A DNA stretch of 64,000 nt from Epiperipatus broadwayi (Eukaryota; Animalia; Onychophora). The position numbers and the translations under genes are program-made. The stretch lies in assembly GCA_028023455.1 (NCBI GenBank), contig JAQFVV010000001.1, positions 4,774,001 through 4,838,000 of the forward strand. The letters run 5' to 3'. Below are positions 1 through 11,475 of this stretch, in pieces. The notes below the pieces were generated by a model, which did no database searches, was not told the DNA's origin, and worked only from the letters and a program-made list of their open reading frames with translations. Within the stretch, counting starts at the first letter, position 1, and each line of letters begins with the position of its first letter.

Positions 1-2409
1 CTCTATACTTTTTCTTCCAACCTTTCTCTAATTTCTTTTATTTTCCTGACTTTAGACACTAAGATTAGTGTAGGATCCAGTTATCATGACTCTCACAATG
101 TGATGCAATAACATTTCCATTTTTAAAAATATAACCTCAGCAATTTCTCCAAACTTACTTTTTTTAAAAATTTGTTCCACAAACATGTTTGATTACAGAA
201 GTAGTTACAGCTCTTTATATTATGAAGTCAATGATAAGATATAACAGATTGGTATCTTTTAAATATCATTATACATGAAACAGCATAATTAATGATGAGT
301 ACTGGAATTGGATTTAAAAATGATGTGCCACAAAATCTATCTAGGTGACCATGACCTACGATATTTTATTTTAGAAATAATTGTACTGCCAATAAGTGTT
401 CACAGAATAAATATCAGTATTTTCACTAGTATTGGATACTCCAGTTTATTGTTTTGTATTAAAGTCTCCAAGAAGAAAATCCAGTATTTTAATAACATTG
501 ATGGAATAACACTATTCAACAAAAAGTAAAAATTATATGTTCCATATTTTTCTGCATATAGTGTTAAATCACAAGTACTGATAAAATAGACACAAATATT
601 CTTATACAAAACAATTTATAATACTAGACTCTCATCGAGACATTTAGAAAATCCAAATGTAAAAAATATCAAGTTAAACTTTACACTTAATACAATCCTA
701 TGCAGCTCTCTTTCATATGATGGTTTGGTTATTTCTTTTCTTCCTCAGGAAAGAAATTCACTACAATCAGTTTTGAAAATTCTCAAATTCAATCCCTATT
801 TTTTTGTAATCTTAAAATTAGAATGGCTACAACTGTTGATAGGTTACCTAGAGAAGTTTTAAAATATGATATATTATTTTTAAATTATTGAATTATTATT
901 TACAAATATATAGATCTGTGAAGTTATGTCAGTTGAGCTTAAAATTTCATCCATGATAATAATTCACAAAAATTAAGAGATTAAAAAACTGTAATAATTT
1001 TCATAGAAAATTATTGCTATCCATTACTGCAAAAGTATTTTCAAGTAATTTGTAAATAAATTGTTTCAATCATAAATGAGTAATTACAGAGAATCAGAAT
1101 TTAAAAAAAAAAAATTCAAGAAGCTTATAGACCTGGTGTTTGTAGCCCGAAATATGCAAAAGAAATGTCATCAGCAATGGTATTCTATTTACAATTTGAT
1201 TAAAGAAATTGATTCATTTAATTGAAAAAGTTTGCACAATGTTAAAAATTAGCCAATTGTTTACTGATGTTTATTATTTCAATTCTACATAATCATAACC
1301 GTATGAATGGAAAAGTTATTTACATTTTCAAGCTGAAGACCATCCAAGCTAAAAATTGTTTTGCCATTATGAGCTGATTGAGTTTTTTGAACTATGGTTA
1401 TTAAACATTAAGAATGTTCTATAAATTATCATTTGAATTGTTAAGAATAGTAACTATAAACACCAGCATATTGCAAATCTAGAAACAACAACAAAAAAAA
1501 TCTTATTTTGTCATTCCAAATTTTAAAAATCTACCATCAAACCTATACTACATCTTGATGATTGCTTAATAAAATAAAATCATCTATAAACTATAATAGA
1601 AAACAAAATTAGTGCTAGGATGTATTATTGTTTAACTACACTAATTTTTATTTTATATGTGTCAGATTTTCCACTCTGAACAAAAATAATACATGCTTTC
1701 CTTTCATTATTTGTAAAAACTTATAAGATTAATAAACTTTGGTGGAAAATCAGCTAATGATTTAATGAGTCAAATGCCTTGATCAAATCAATAGATTCAA
1801 TACATGAATATTAGCCACTTCACTCTTCTTTCATTTGGTTATAAACAATAACCATGTCTATAATGTTTCTAAAACTGCATTAAATCTCTGGTAATCTTGA
1901 ATGAAAGCAGCTCATTTAATAAAATACATAAAAGAGATATTTTCTGTTGTAGATAACAATGATATTTTGCTATATTGCAATCTTTTTTCTCTCTTATTTT
2001 ATAAATTGATTCACTAAAAACTTTATTAAGATCAAATGAGATAGCTTCACATATTCCTAAAAATTTCAATAGTTTTGAAGTTAACATATTATTAGCATAT
2101 TTTAAAACTTATTATTTTATCAGAATTTGTGAGTCTTTGTAGTCTTTAAAAATGGAAAGATTGAAAAACAATGGGAGATGAGATCCAGTGAAAACATCAG
2201 CATAATGCTAATAATAACTATTAGCAAACTGTACATGAGGGCACATCAGACACAAAGGTTTTCGTCTTTTACTTGCGAAAATATTAATTTATATGATTTA
2301 GAGCAATCAAATTCCCATTGTAAATTCATAATTCAATAAGGTCATTAACTATTTTCAACTGCTATTAATCCATTGAAAAATAAAAGTCATTATTGGTTTA
2401 ATTCAGCAT

Positions 2410-2622
2410 TGCAGTAGCAATTTTTTCTGTGCAATATTATCTAGTGTAAAACATAGTAATCAATGGATGCTAGAACATTAGTGTATCAAAATCCCTATCG
2501 AGTGCTTACTCATTCAATATCCTTAGACTAGTTTCTAGCTTATGGATTTCATCTTTAAACTTCTAGCATCTATTGATGGCTTACACTAGGTGGCAATATT
2601 ATATGCAGAAAGTTGTTACTGT
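2410..2622 (-). mobile_element. Diverged family A HHR retroelement fragment arranged as an inverted repeat
   Basis: Arms ~2410-2480 and ~2561-2622 are reverse complements. The spacer on the minus strand reads GATGA-AATC-CATAA-GCTA-GAAA-CTAG-TC-TAAGGATATTGAATGAGT, homologous to the family A copies at 8.9 and 43.3 kb. Confidence 0.7.
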
Positions 2623-2624
2623 GT

Positions 2625-4231
2625 TAACAGATTATGTAAACATAAGAAATGGTGGTCATGTAATGTTAGTTCAATATTTTTAATTTATGGCTTCTTTTCT
2701 CCATGTGAATCAGTAAACTTTTTAATTTTATCTATTCTACTTACATGTGGTCTTTTTCTAGATATTTTAAATCTCTTGGGATCCATTTAAGGAATTTCAA
2801 TTATTAATCCTTTATTATCTATTCTAACAAACATATTCATCTCAATCCCATTTAGTTTAATTTTTTAATCTGTTAATTATAATGTAGATGTCTCTATATT
2901 TAATTGTATTATCTTTAGCTTTTGTATTGCTTTTCCAAATCCCAGAACCATATAAATAACTATGGATTAAATAAATTTAACCATCCCTTTTCAAGTAAAT
3001 AGGCAAATTTCCATTTAAATTACTTGCACCAAAAACAATCTATGCAAGTTTAATTTTATAATTAATTTTATCCATTATATTTAAGCTTATTGACTTCTTC
3101 TAATATATTACTATCAATATTTCATTTTTCTTTTCTTTCAAAAGGCCATTATACATTATTTTATTTATTTACATTAGATTTATTTTTAAATCTACTTTCT
3201 TACATTTTCTGAAGCTGTGAGGCAATTTATGAAAGCAGCTCATATCATTTTGATAATTTAGATTTGTATTTTAACCCCCAAAATACTTACCATAAAACTG
3301 ATATAAAAAAGCTTTTTAAAGATGGAATAGCCATGTCATACACCCATACCAATATTAATCTTATTAATTACTAATGCACTAATGCGTTGAAGGTGAAACT
3401 ATTCCATCAAACAATTTATTTAGACTGAGCACTTTCAGAGTTTCAGTACTTCATAATCATAGCTAATGTTATTATATAATCTAATCACTGTTATTAATAA
3501 ATATCATGGAAAAATTAATGCAGAAGTAAATGTCTTTCATAATCTGCAGATCCAATACAAAACATTGTCTCATATTCCTTATTCTTAACTGCAGCTGTTC
3601 TTAATACTTGGATGGCAGATTTATTATACTATAATCACTTTTAAATCTTCCTTTTCTTTTTTCAGTAATAATTTGGAGATAAATTTTAATTATTTTGGAA
3701 AATATGTAGAATACAGGATTGATAGGTCTGTACTGTCCAATGACTTTTATTTTGTCTTTATTTAAATATTAGTTTCACCACTACATTCTTTCAGTTATTT
3801 GGCATATTCTCACCATTTTGATATTTGTTATATAGGTTAGTCAACAATTTATTTTCAGTCACTTTCTTTTTTTAAATTATTTACAATGACTACATCATTT
3901 CTGGAGCTGTTCCATTCTTTACACATTTTATCACATTTTCATATCTTTATTTAAAATATGGTTTTTCAAAAAATATCAATATTGTAAAGTGTATTTTTTT
4001 TTCTAATTATTATAAGTTTAAGAATTCTCCCACATATTTTATGATGTTATTTGTTTTTAGTCTTTATAATAGCGGTTCTTCTTATCATTGGAATACCAAA
4101 ATGTCATTTTATATCTCTGAAGTTTTATTTCTTTTTTATAGTTTTTTTGTTGCCATTTAACTTTTTTCTGTATAATTTTGCATAATTTCTGATATTTAAG
4201 TTTCTTAGATAGTTTTCATCTTATTGTCTTT
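2625..4231 (-). pseudogene. Degenerate L2/CR1-type LINE ORF2 (RT region)
   Basis: Minus-strand translations give KNGTAPE (K-APG-D like, ~3900), QYRPINPVFYIFSKI (NYRPISLL-FSKI like, ~3700-3740), IGMGV*HG (GVPQG like, ~3340) and LYGSGIW (~2950), with many stops and frameshifts. Confidence 0.6.
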
Positions 4232-4242
4232 ATATATTATCT

Positions 4243-7200
4243 CAATCAATAGTAGTCTGTCCAATAGACAGGTCCAGAGAGTAGTCACTACATCAGTTCA
4301 TCCATTCTTCCATTCCATTCTCTTCCTTGCCCATTTCCTCAATTCCATATAAGCCTTTCCATCTCTTATATCATCCAATAATGTCAATCTCTTCTGTCCT
4401 TTCTTTTTATTTTCACTCACCATTCCCTCCAAAACATCTTTCATTAAACTATAATCTCTTCTTAATATATGTCCAATCCAGTTTCTCTTTCTCTCTCTGA
4501 TATTTCCAATCAATCTTCTTTCCTCATTAACTCTTTTCAAAACTTCTTCATTTGTTATTTTACTCATCCAACTGATTTTTTCCATTTTTCTCCATGTCCA
4601 CATCTCAAAAGCTTCCAATCATTTCTTAATTCTATTACTCAATGTCCATGTCTCACAACCATACATTAATACACTCCACACATAACATTTAATTAATCTC
4701 TTTCTTAATTCTCTTTCCATAGGTCCACAAAATATCTTCTTTCTTTTCAGAAATGTCACCTTTGCCAATGCTATTTTTCTTTTAACTTCATCTTCACTTC
4801 TTCCATCCTCACTCAACCAACTACCCAAATATCTAAATCCCTTCACCTGTTGAACCATGTCATCATGGATTCCAATTTGCAGTCTTTTTGCATCTCTCCC
4901 TATCCATAAACACTTAGTCTTTTCAATATTAATCTTCATTCCATATGCCATACATCCTTCTTCCAATTTATTCAACATATTCTGAAGACCCTTTTCCTCC
5001 TCAGCAATAAGAGCCATATCATCTGCAAATCTTATACACTTTATTACTCTCCCTCCAACATTTGCTCCTCCACAGTCCAAATAATTATTTAGCATATCTT
5101 CTAAATAAATATTAAACAAAACAGGTGACATACTACACCCTTGCCTAACTCCACTTTCTATATTCACTTCATCAGTCTCATTACTCCCAAATCTAACTCT
5201 TATCCTTTGACCATTATACATAGTCCATATCAATCATCTTTCTTTCTGAAATATTCCTTTATCTCTTAAGATAGACATCAGTTTATTCCAGCTTACTCTA
5301 TCAAATGCCTTTTCTAAATCCACAAAACATATACCAGTTCCTTTATCTCTTTCAATATATCTTTCTGCAATTGTCCTAACAATACCAATAGCATTTCTTG
5401 TGCTTTGCCCTTTCCAAAAACCAAACTGTTCTTCACCAATATAATAATCTACCTTTCCATAAATCCTTTGAGTTAAAATCCCCAATAAAACTTTAGAAAC
5501 ATGAGACAACAAACTTATTGTTCTATACTCTTCACATTTAACAGCTTTTTTCTTTTTAGTAATTGGAATCATTATATTTCTTAAAAAATCTTCAGACCAA
5601 ACTCCACTATTATATATCAAATTGCAAAGTCCAACTATTTACTTCATAGTAAATTTCTCCCATTTCTCTCAAAAATTCTATAGGTAATGCATCAAATCCA
5701 ACAGCCTTACAATTCTTCATTTGGGTGATTGCCTTTCTTACTTCATCCATCAATATGTCCATACTTCTATCATCTATTGCAACATCTTCATTTTCAAGTT
5801 CATAACTAATTAAATTATTTCCTCTGCTAAACAGACACCGAATATATTCTTCCTATCTTTTTAATATATCATTACTATCAGTTAACCTCATTCCATTCTT
5901 ATCTGCAATCTCACTTGATACCCATGTCTTTTTTTCCCAAGTACTACTTCGTATTCTATCAAATACCAGATCATATCTTTTCATCTGTTGAAGCCTTTCT
6001 ATCTCTTTACATTCTTGCTCCAACTACTTTTCTTTTGCTAAATCTTTTTCTCTTCTTATTTCATTTTTAAATTTCCTATATGCCTTTTGCCCTTCCTCAG
6101 TATTTACATTCTTCCATCATCTCCGCACTTCCATTTTTTCCAATATACCTTCAGTTATCCAAGGTCGTTTAGCTTTTCTCGCATGAATAATACCTATTTC
6201 ATTTTTTGCTGTTTTCAAGAATCCTTTTTGAATTTTATTCCAACACTCTTCCCATCCTGAACAATTCTTTTAAATTCATTTTCACATACTAAACCAAATT
6301 TTCCTTTTTCCATTTGTCTCAATTTATCCAAGTCCCATCTTGTGTATCTTTTCCCTCTTTTAATTCTTTTTAAACTCAACTTTAATTTAGCCATCACCAA
6401 ATTATGATTCGAATCTATATCAGCACCAGGCAAGGCATGTGAACCCTTAATAGCATTCTTATATCTATTCTGAATCAATATATAAACAATTTGATAACGT
6501 TCTCTGTTACCTGTAGCTTTCCAAGTATACAATCTTCTAATATGATTTTTAACACAAGTGTTTGCAATGACAAACCCATTCTCTTTACAAAATTGTACAA
6601 GTCGACTACCCCCTTTCATTTCTTTTTCCAATACCATAATTTCCAACAATTTTCTCTTCCTTACCTTGCCCCACAACAGCATTCCAATCCCCCAATAGCA
6701 ATATACATGCATTTTTTCCTTTACATTGAATACTTTCTTCTATCTTCCTCATACATTTCATCAATTTCAATATCATCACGACTACTAGTTGGCATATAAA
6801 CTTGTATAATTACCAAATCCCTAGGACTTGCATTTATTCTCATCACCATCAGCCTATCATTAATACCATCAACCTTTGCCACACTATTCCATATTTTCTT
6901 CCTCACAGCAATGCCAACTCCATTAATTGACCTATCACCACCTGAATAAAATAACTTTACTCTCCACTACTTACTTCTCCACATCCCTCCCACCTCACTT
7001 CACTTAATCCCATAACATCAATATTATTCAAATGAAACTCTCCACATTCCAATTCTCATTGTATCACCTCTCAATGAATTATATTAAGGATTTTCCAGGT
7101 TGATGACCTGATTAGCCTCATGTCCACTCCTGCCAGGAAAGACACCAAAGTTATTCTTAACTAAGGTCTCAACACCAAACATAATGATTCCCGTAGACAT

Positions 7201-7647
7201 ACTCATAATAAAACAAGGGAATTATAAGACAAAATGTTTTCCTGCTGCCTTTTTTGCCCAGCAATAACCTCCATAATAGGCTTAGTGCACTAGCCAAATC
7301 CCATGAAATGAATATCCAACTACCACTTTCTCCTCATTGTTGTCACCTATAGCGATCTTCCGCTGACTTGGAAGAATGCCGTTGCTGACCCAGCAGGCTG
7401 TTGACTTATTTTATGGTGGTCAACACTCGCCATTATACATCCACCATCATAGGAATTGTGCCATTTTATAGAAGTAAACACACCACTGTCTCCACCACTT
7501 CCTGATAGTGAATTTTGTCCCATTGTCAGCAACTGCTTATTTACAGTACTCTGCTTATTCGCAGCTAACCTTCATATCTGAAGGCCATACCCCTATCTGC
7601 AACCTGGGAATGCTATGGGTAGCATGAGACCCATATCTTATTCCCAG
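4243..7647 (-). mobile_element. Near full-length RTE-clade non-LTR retrotransposon, decayed
   Basis: Single APE-RT ORF with 5' UTR. The 3' end has a short (ATTG)2 repeat. Putative TSD ATATATTATCT (4232-4242) / ATATATTTATCT (7648-7659), with one indel. Confidence 0.92.
4298..7059 (-). pseudogene. RTE APE endonuclease-reverse transcriptase ORF, frameshifted, with stops
   Basis: Begins MRIGMW, then MGLSEVRW, IIQVYMPT, YTWK..RYQI.YILI, GADIDSNHNLV (APE). RT motifs YRTISLLSH, QFGF, DLEKAFD, GVRQGCSMSPVLFN, FADD, YLGS. RTE-type C-terminus EAFEMWTWRKM..WIGHILR. Confidence 0.93.
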
Positions 7648-8056
7648 ATATATTTATCTAATTTAAATAAAATATATAATAATAAATTGTTATGTTTTGT
7701 TTCTTCTAATTGTATAGTTGTTAATATTTTCATTAAAATCTGAACTGTCTATTAATATATTAAACTTTATATTAACATAGTTCTTGCATCTTTTTACCTG
7801 TTGATTACATGCTGTATCAAATTTATTAAGGAAGTTAGTTTTAAAATACATATTTTTTGTTGACAAAATATAATCTAATTTTTCAATGTTTTTATTTAAA
7901 TACTTCACCAATCACCATTTCTTATGCTTGCTCATAACTGTTTTAAAACAGGCAAAACTCTCTGTAAAATAGTGCCACTCAGTGCAAGCCACAGTAATCA
8001 ATGAATGCCATAAGGCTTGTGCATAAAATCCCTATCTAGTGCCTACTCATCCAATA

Positions 8057-8098
8057 TCCACAGACAAGTTTCTAGCTTGTGGCTTTTGTCAATGAGAA
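8057..8098 (-). ncRNA. Minimal type I hammerhead motif, family A (TTGACAA core)
   Basis: Minus strand: TTCTCA-TTGACAA-AAGC-CACAA-GCTA-GAAA-CTTG-TC-TGTGGA. Confidence 0.6.
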
Positions 8099-8880
8099 GC
8101 CTTGGATCTGGGAGCACTGCACCTAGATCTTAATATCTAATGCAACCCTCCAGTAGCCACCTTTTATCTCTACTTAACTACAAAACTATGAGAATAAAAT
8201 TGAAAACACAATATATTTTCAATCCAAGCTCATTAGCTTATATAGTCATATAGGTCTGAACTCAGTTCAGTACCCATACATTTTGGTATCTTTGGTTCTT
8301 TAATAATCACTATCCTATCAGGAAGGATTGGTATTAAACCACTAAACATCACATGATCACTATTTCTTATGCTTGCTCATAACTGTTATTAAAACAGGCA
8401 AAACTTTCTGTACAGTAGTGTTACTCAGTGCAATCTAGAGTAATCAATGGATGCCAGAAGGCTTCTAAAAACTAGTCTGGGGATATTGGATGAGTAGGCA
8501 ATAGATAGGAATTTTATGCACAAGCCTTTTGGCATCCATTGTTTACTCTGGCTTGCACTGAGTAGCATTACTGTATTTCCTGTTTTAATAACAGTTATGG
8601 GCAAGCATAAAAAATGGTGATGATGTTTAATGGTTTAATACCAATCCTGCCTAATAGAATAGTGGTGGCTATGGTTATTAAAGAACCAAAAATACCAAAA
8701 TGTATGGGTACTGAACTGAGCTCGACCTATATGACTATATAAGCTAATGAGCTTGAATTGAAAATACTATTGTTTTCAATTTTATTCTTATAGTTTTTTA
8801 GTTAAGTAGATATAAAAGGTGGCTGCTAGAGAGTTGCATTAGATCTTAAGATCTAGGTGCAGTGCTCTTGGATCCAAGGC

Positions 8881-8922
8881 TCTTCACTGACAAAAGTGAC
8901 AAACTAGAAACTAGTCTGGGGA
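8881..8922 (+). ncRNA. Minimal type I hammerhead motif, family A (CTGACAA core, probably decayed)
   Basis: TCTTCA-CTGACAA-AAGT-GACAA-ACTA-GAAA-CTAG-TC-TGGGGA. Palindromic stem III (CTAG); helix I TCTTCA/TGGGGA pairs with wobbles. Confidence 0.65.
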
Positions 8923-9047
8923 TATTGGATGACTAGGCACTAGATATATTTTTTTATGCAGAAGCCTTCTGGCATCCATTGATTACTCTGGCTTGCACTG
9001 AGTGGTACTACTGTATGGAGAGTTTTGCCTGTTTTATTTAAATACTT

Positions 9048-9850
9048 ACATGTTCATTTTCCTTTAATACTTTTTTCTAAAAAAAAACAACAACAACATT
9101 GTTGTTTCTTGTTCCAAATTTATTCATATCACTTTTTTCTTTCAAAAATTTTTCAGTTTTAATACTAGAGTCTTGTGCAACAATTCTAAAATATTACTTA
9201 GTTCATTTAAAAGCAATATGTATAAATTAAAATTCTTTATTTTATCAGAAGAATTTGTTGAGTCATAAGTCATAAAGCGTGATATTTAATCACTTTCCAC
9301 ATATTGTTTTTATCTATCTTTTTGTTGTAATGAATATCACTACAGTTGTTCTTTCAATATTGGTGACTATATTAAAATAGATAAACAATATTTCATACCC
9401 ATTTCTTTTCACCTATTATTTTAAATTTATAAAGTTTTAATAAAAAAATATTTCTTTCAATTTATACAATTTTCTTTTATTTGGAAGTGATCTATTTTTG
9501 TAAATAGCCAAGTAAAATGTATTTATTGAATGGTAAGCCAAGGTTTATAACTCAGTGATTCATACTCTTGCTGCCTTATCTAATGATAATACAATATCTG
9601 GAATATAGGAACTATGGTTTATTAAGTACAAATTTAAAAAAGTGAGCATTCACACATATATGCACTGTTGTCAAAAAAATCCAACCAATATCTCAAAAAT
9701 CATTTGATAAGGAAGACCATGTTTCTTAGATTTAAACATTGTTTGATATGTGTTATTGAGAGTCTCATCTCTCTATTTTTTTCCACATTATAAATCATTA
9801 TAGACTAATAATAGCTGCAATGACAAAAATATATGATATAATCATTAGGA
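9048..9850 (-). pseudogene. Degenerate L2/CR1-type APE region, probably the 5' part of the LINE at 2.6-4.2 kb
   Basis: Weak remnants of ETW-like (~9720) and SDH-like (~9280) motifs on the minus strand, collinear with the RT remnant across the RTE and family A insertions. Confidence 0.4.
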
Positions 9851-11229
9851 CTTTTTATCTTGCTTAGAGATAAATTGAAAGACCTTGTTTTAGTTGATAA
9901 AAAAATCATAATTTTTTTAAAAGTCATGAAATAAAATATTAGATATTATATAATATTCAACTTTGGAATTATTAAGTACTGTATTACTAAAAATAAATTA
10001 GAACTAGCAAATATTTTATATAGAACAGATTTTATACTGTTTTATTTAAAAGAGTGTAAGATGTAATATCACAATAATCAAAGTGATGTTTTGCTTATCA
10101 TTAAACAAATATTAAAATATATGGTTTATGTCTAAAAGCTTCCAGTTCTAACATAAACTTGCCTTTCTGCTCAACCATATAATGAACATGTGTATTGATG
10201 TTCAGCATTGGCAATTGTTGTCTGATCTTACCTCTCTAAAAGGATTGACTATTTAAGGCCAGATCCACATCCATAATGGAAACATTGGATTCAGTGAGCA
10301 TCATCACCTATTGGCCTGTTCTTGCCATTGGGCATGTGTTATCTATTTGTATATCCATTGGTCCATTAAGATGAATGCTCAATCCAATGAAGATAAGATA
10401 TAATCTGGACTAATCCATTATTTGAAGGCAAAGATAAATATAACAATATTCTGAATTAGTTAAGAATTTACAATCAATTTCATTAAAAAATTAGTATGCA
10501 ACAGGTAAAATCTCACAAGGTGTATTGTAAATGTGAAAAGTATATGTGTGTTTAATAACCATAAAAAGGATAACTGTGATACTTATGTAAAATTTGATTT
10601 ATGTAAAATTTTTGGTAATTTAATTTGTAATAAATGCAAGAGATTTTCCTGAAACTGATCATTTTATGATCTTAATTTATAAGAGAAATAAGCTACTATA
10701 TCATATTCAAAATAAGCATATTACAGAACGTGTCAATGCTCTGACACATTATAAATTTCAGCTCTTTATTATAATAATTAAATAATTAATAATTCTATAT
10801 ACAATTCTATGAGATTTTTTCTTCACATACAAATATATTCAGGGTTGAATTCTTCATTAAAACGACTTAGGTAAAATATTTTAACTTATGTTAAATATAT
10901 GTTTTTTAAAAAGTCATTAAAAGATTATGAATTAAAATTCATTACTGATTATTTTGAATCTAGGTTTTTATTTTAACAATTTCGAATATAGTTTTAAAAA
11001 TTCCAAATAAATGTTTCATAGATTACTCAACGTAAAAAAAAAATCAATAAAAAAAAAAAAAAAACTATTTTATAAATCAAAAGTGACTTTATTGTAGCAT
11101 AAGGGGATTTTTGTTTAAAACTTTTATTTTGCTTTTCATTTTGTGAACTGTAATGGAAAGTTGAACAACTTTACTTTCTATTTGTAGAATATTAAAGATT
11201 TTAAGACTTCTCATTCGATAATTTAATAT

Positions 11230-11475
11230 ACAAAAATTAACAAAGCGTATGACACACTTGAATGAGAAGCTATAAAGATACACAGAAATTATTACAAGCT
11301 AAGCGCTTTCAAGGCCTTTTGCCTCATATTCATAGCGGTACTGTGAGCTGCAAAACGAAGAAATAGGGCAAGGAAACAAAACAGTATGCAAAGCGTATGC
11401 AAATGAACTAGATAGTCCAACGTTTGGAGATGTCAAAGCAGGTATCTCGTCTATTGATGGAGTTATTATTGCCAA
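11230..11475 (-). mobile_element. Penelope-like element 3' end (GIY-YIG C-terminus plus pLTR), family C
   Basis: Minus strand translates NNNSINRRDTCFDISKRWTI*, homologous to AIDRRDSYFSISKKWTG* at 50.7 kb. It is followed by TT(C/A)ATTTGCATAC and an HHR. Confidence 0.8.
11298..11336 (-). ncRNA. Minimal type I hammerhead ribozyme with variant AUGAAUA (A3-U8) core
   Basis: GCT-ATGAATA-T-GAGGC-AAAAG-GCCTT-GAAA-GCGC-TT-AGC. 5-bp stem II, palindromic AAGCGCTT stem III, helix I GCT/AGC. Confidence 0.75.

Larger units (their letters stand above)
7906..9033. mobile_element. Family A ORF-less HHR retroelement: tandem ~440-445 bp monomers in a tail-to-tail inverted arrangement
   Basis: 14-bp TSD TTATTTAAATACTT (7892-7905, 9034-9047). 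The left half repeats with period 445 (7917/8362). The right half is the reverse complement with period 440 (8532/8972). Inversion point ~8464. Confidence 0.9.

Noticed and set aside
4469-6799. Plus-strand ORFs 4469-4669 and 6491-6799
   Set aside because: Antisense shadows of the RTE ORF.
7906-9033. CRISPR array or simple satellite interpretation of the repeats
   Set aside because: No short repeat-unique spacer pattern, eukaryotic context, and the TSD, inversion and ribozyme indicate a retroelement.
11336-11441. Plus-strand exon-like segment (catag|RYCELQNEEIGQGNKTVCKAYANELDSPTFGDVKA|gtatct) in CpG-rich sequence
   Set aside because: It is the antisense of the family C PLE 3' end, which is homologous to 50.6-50.7 kb. 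That explains its composition better.
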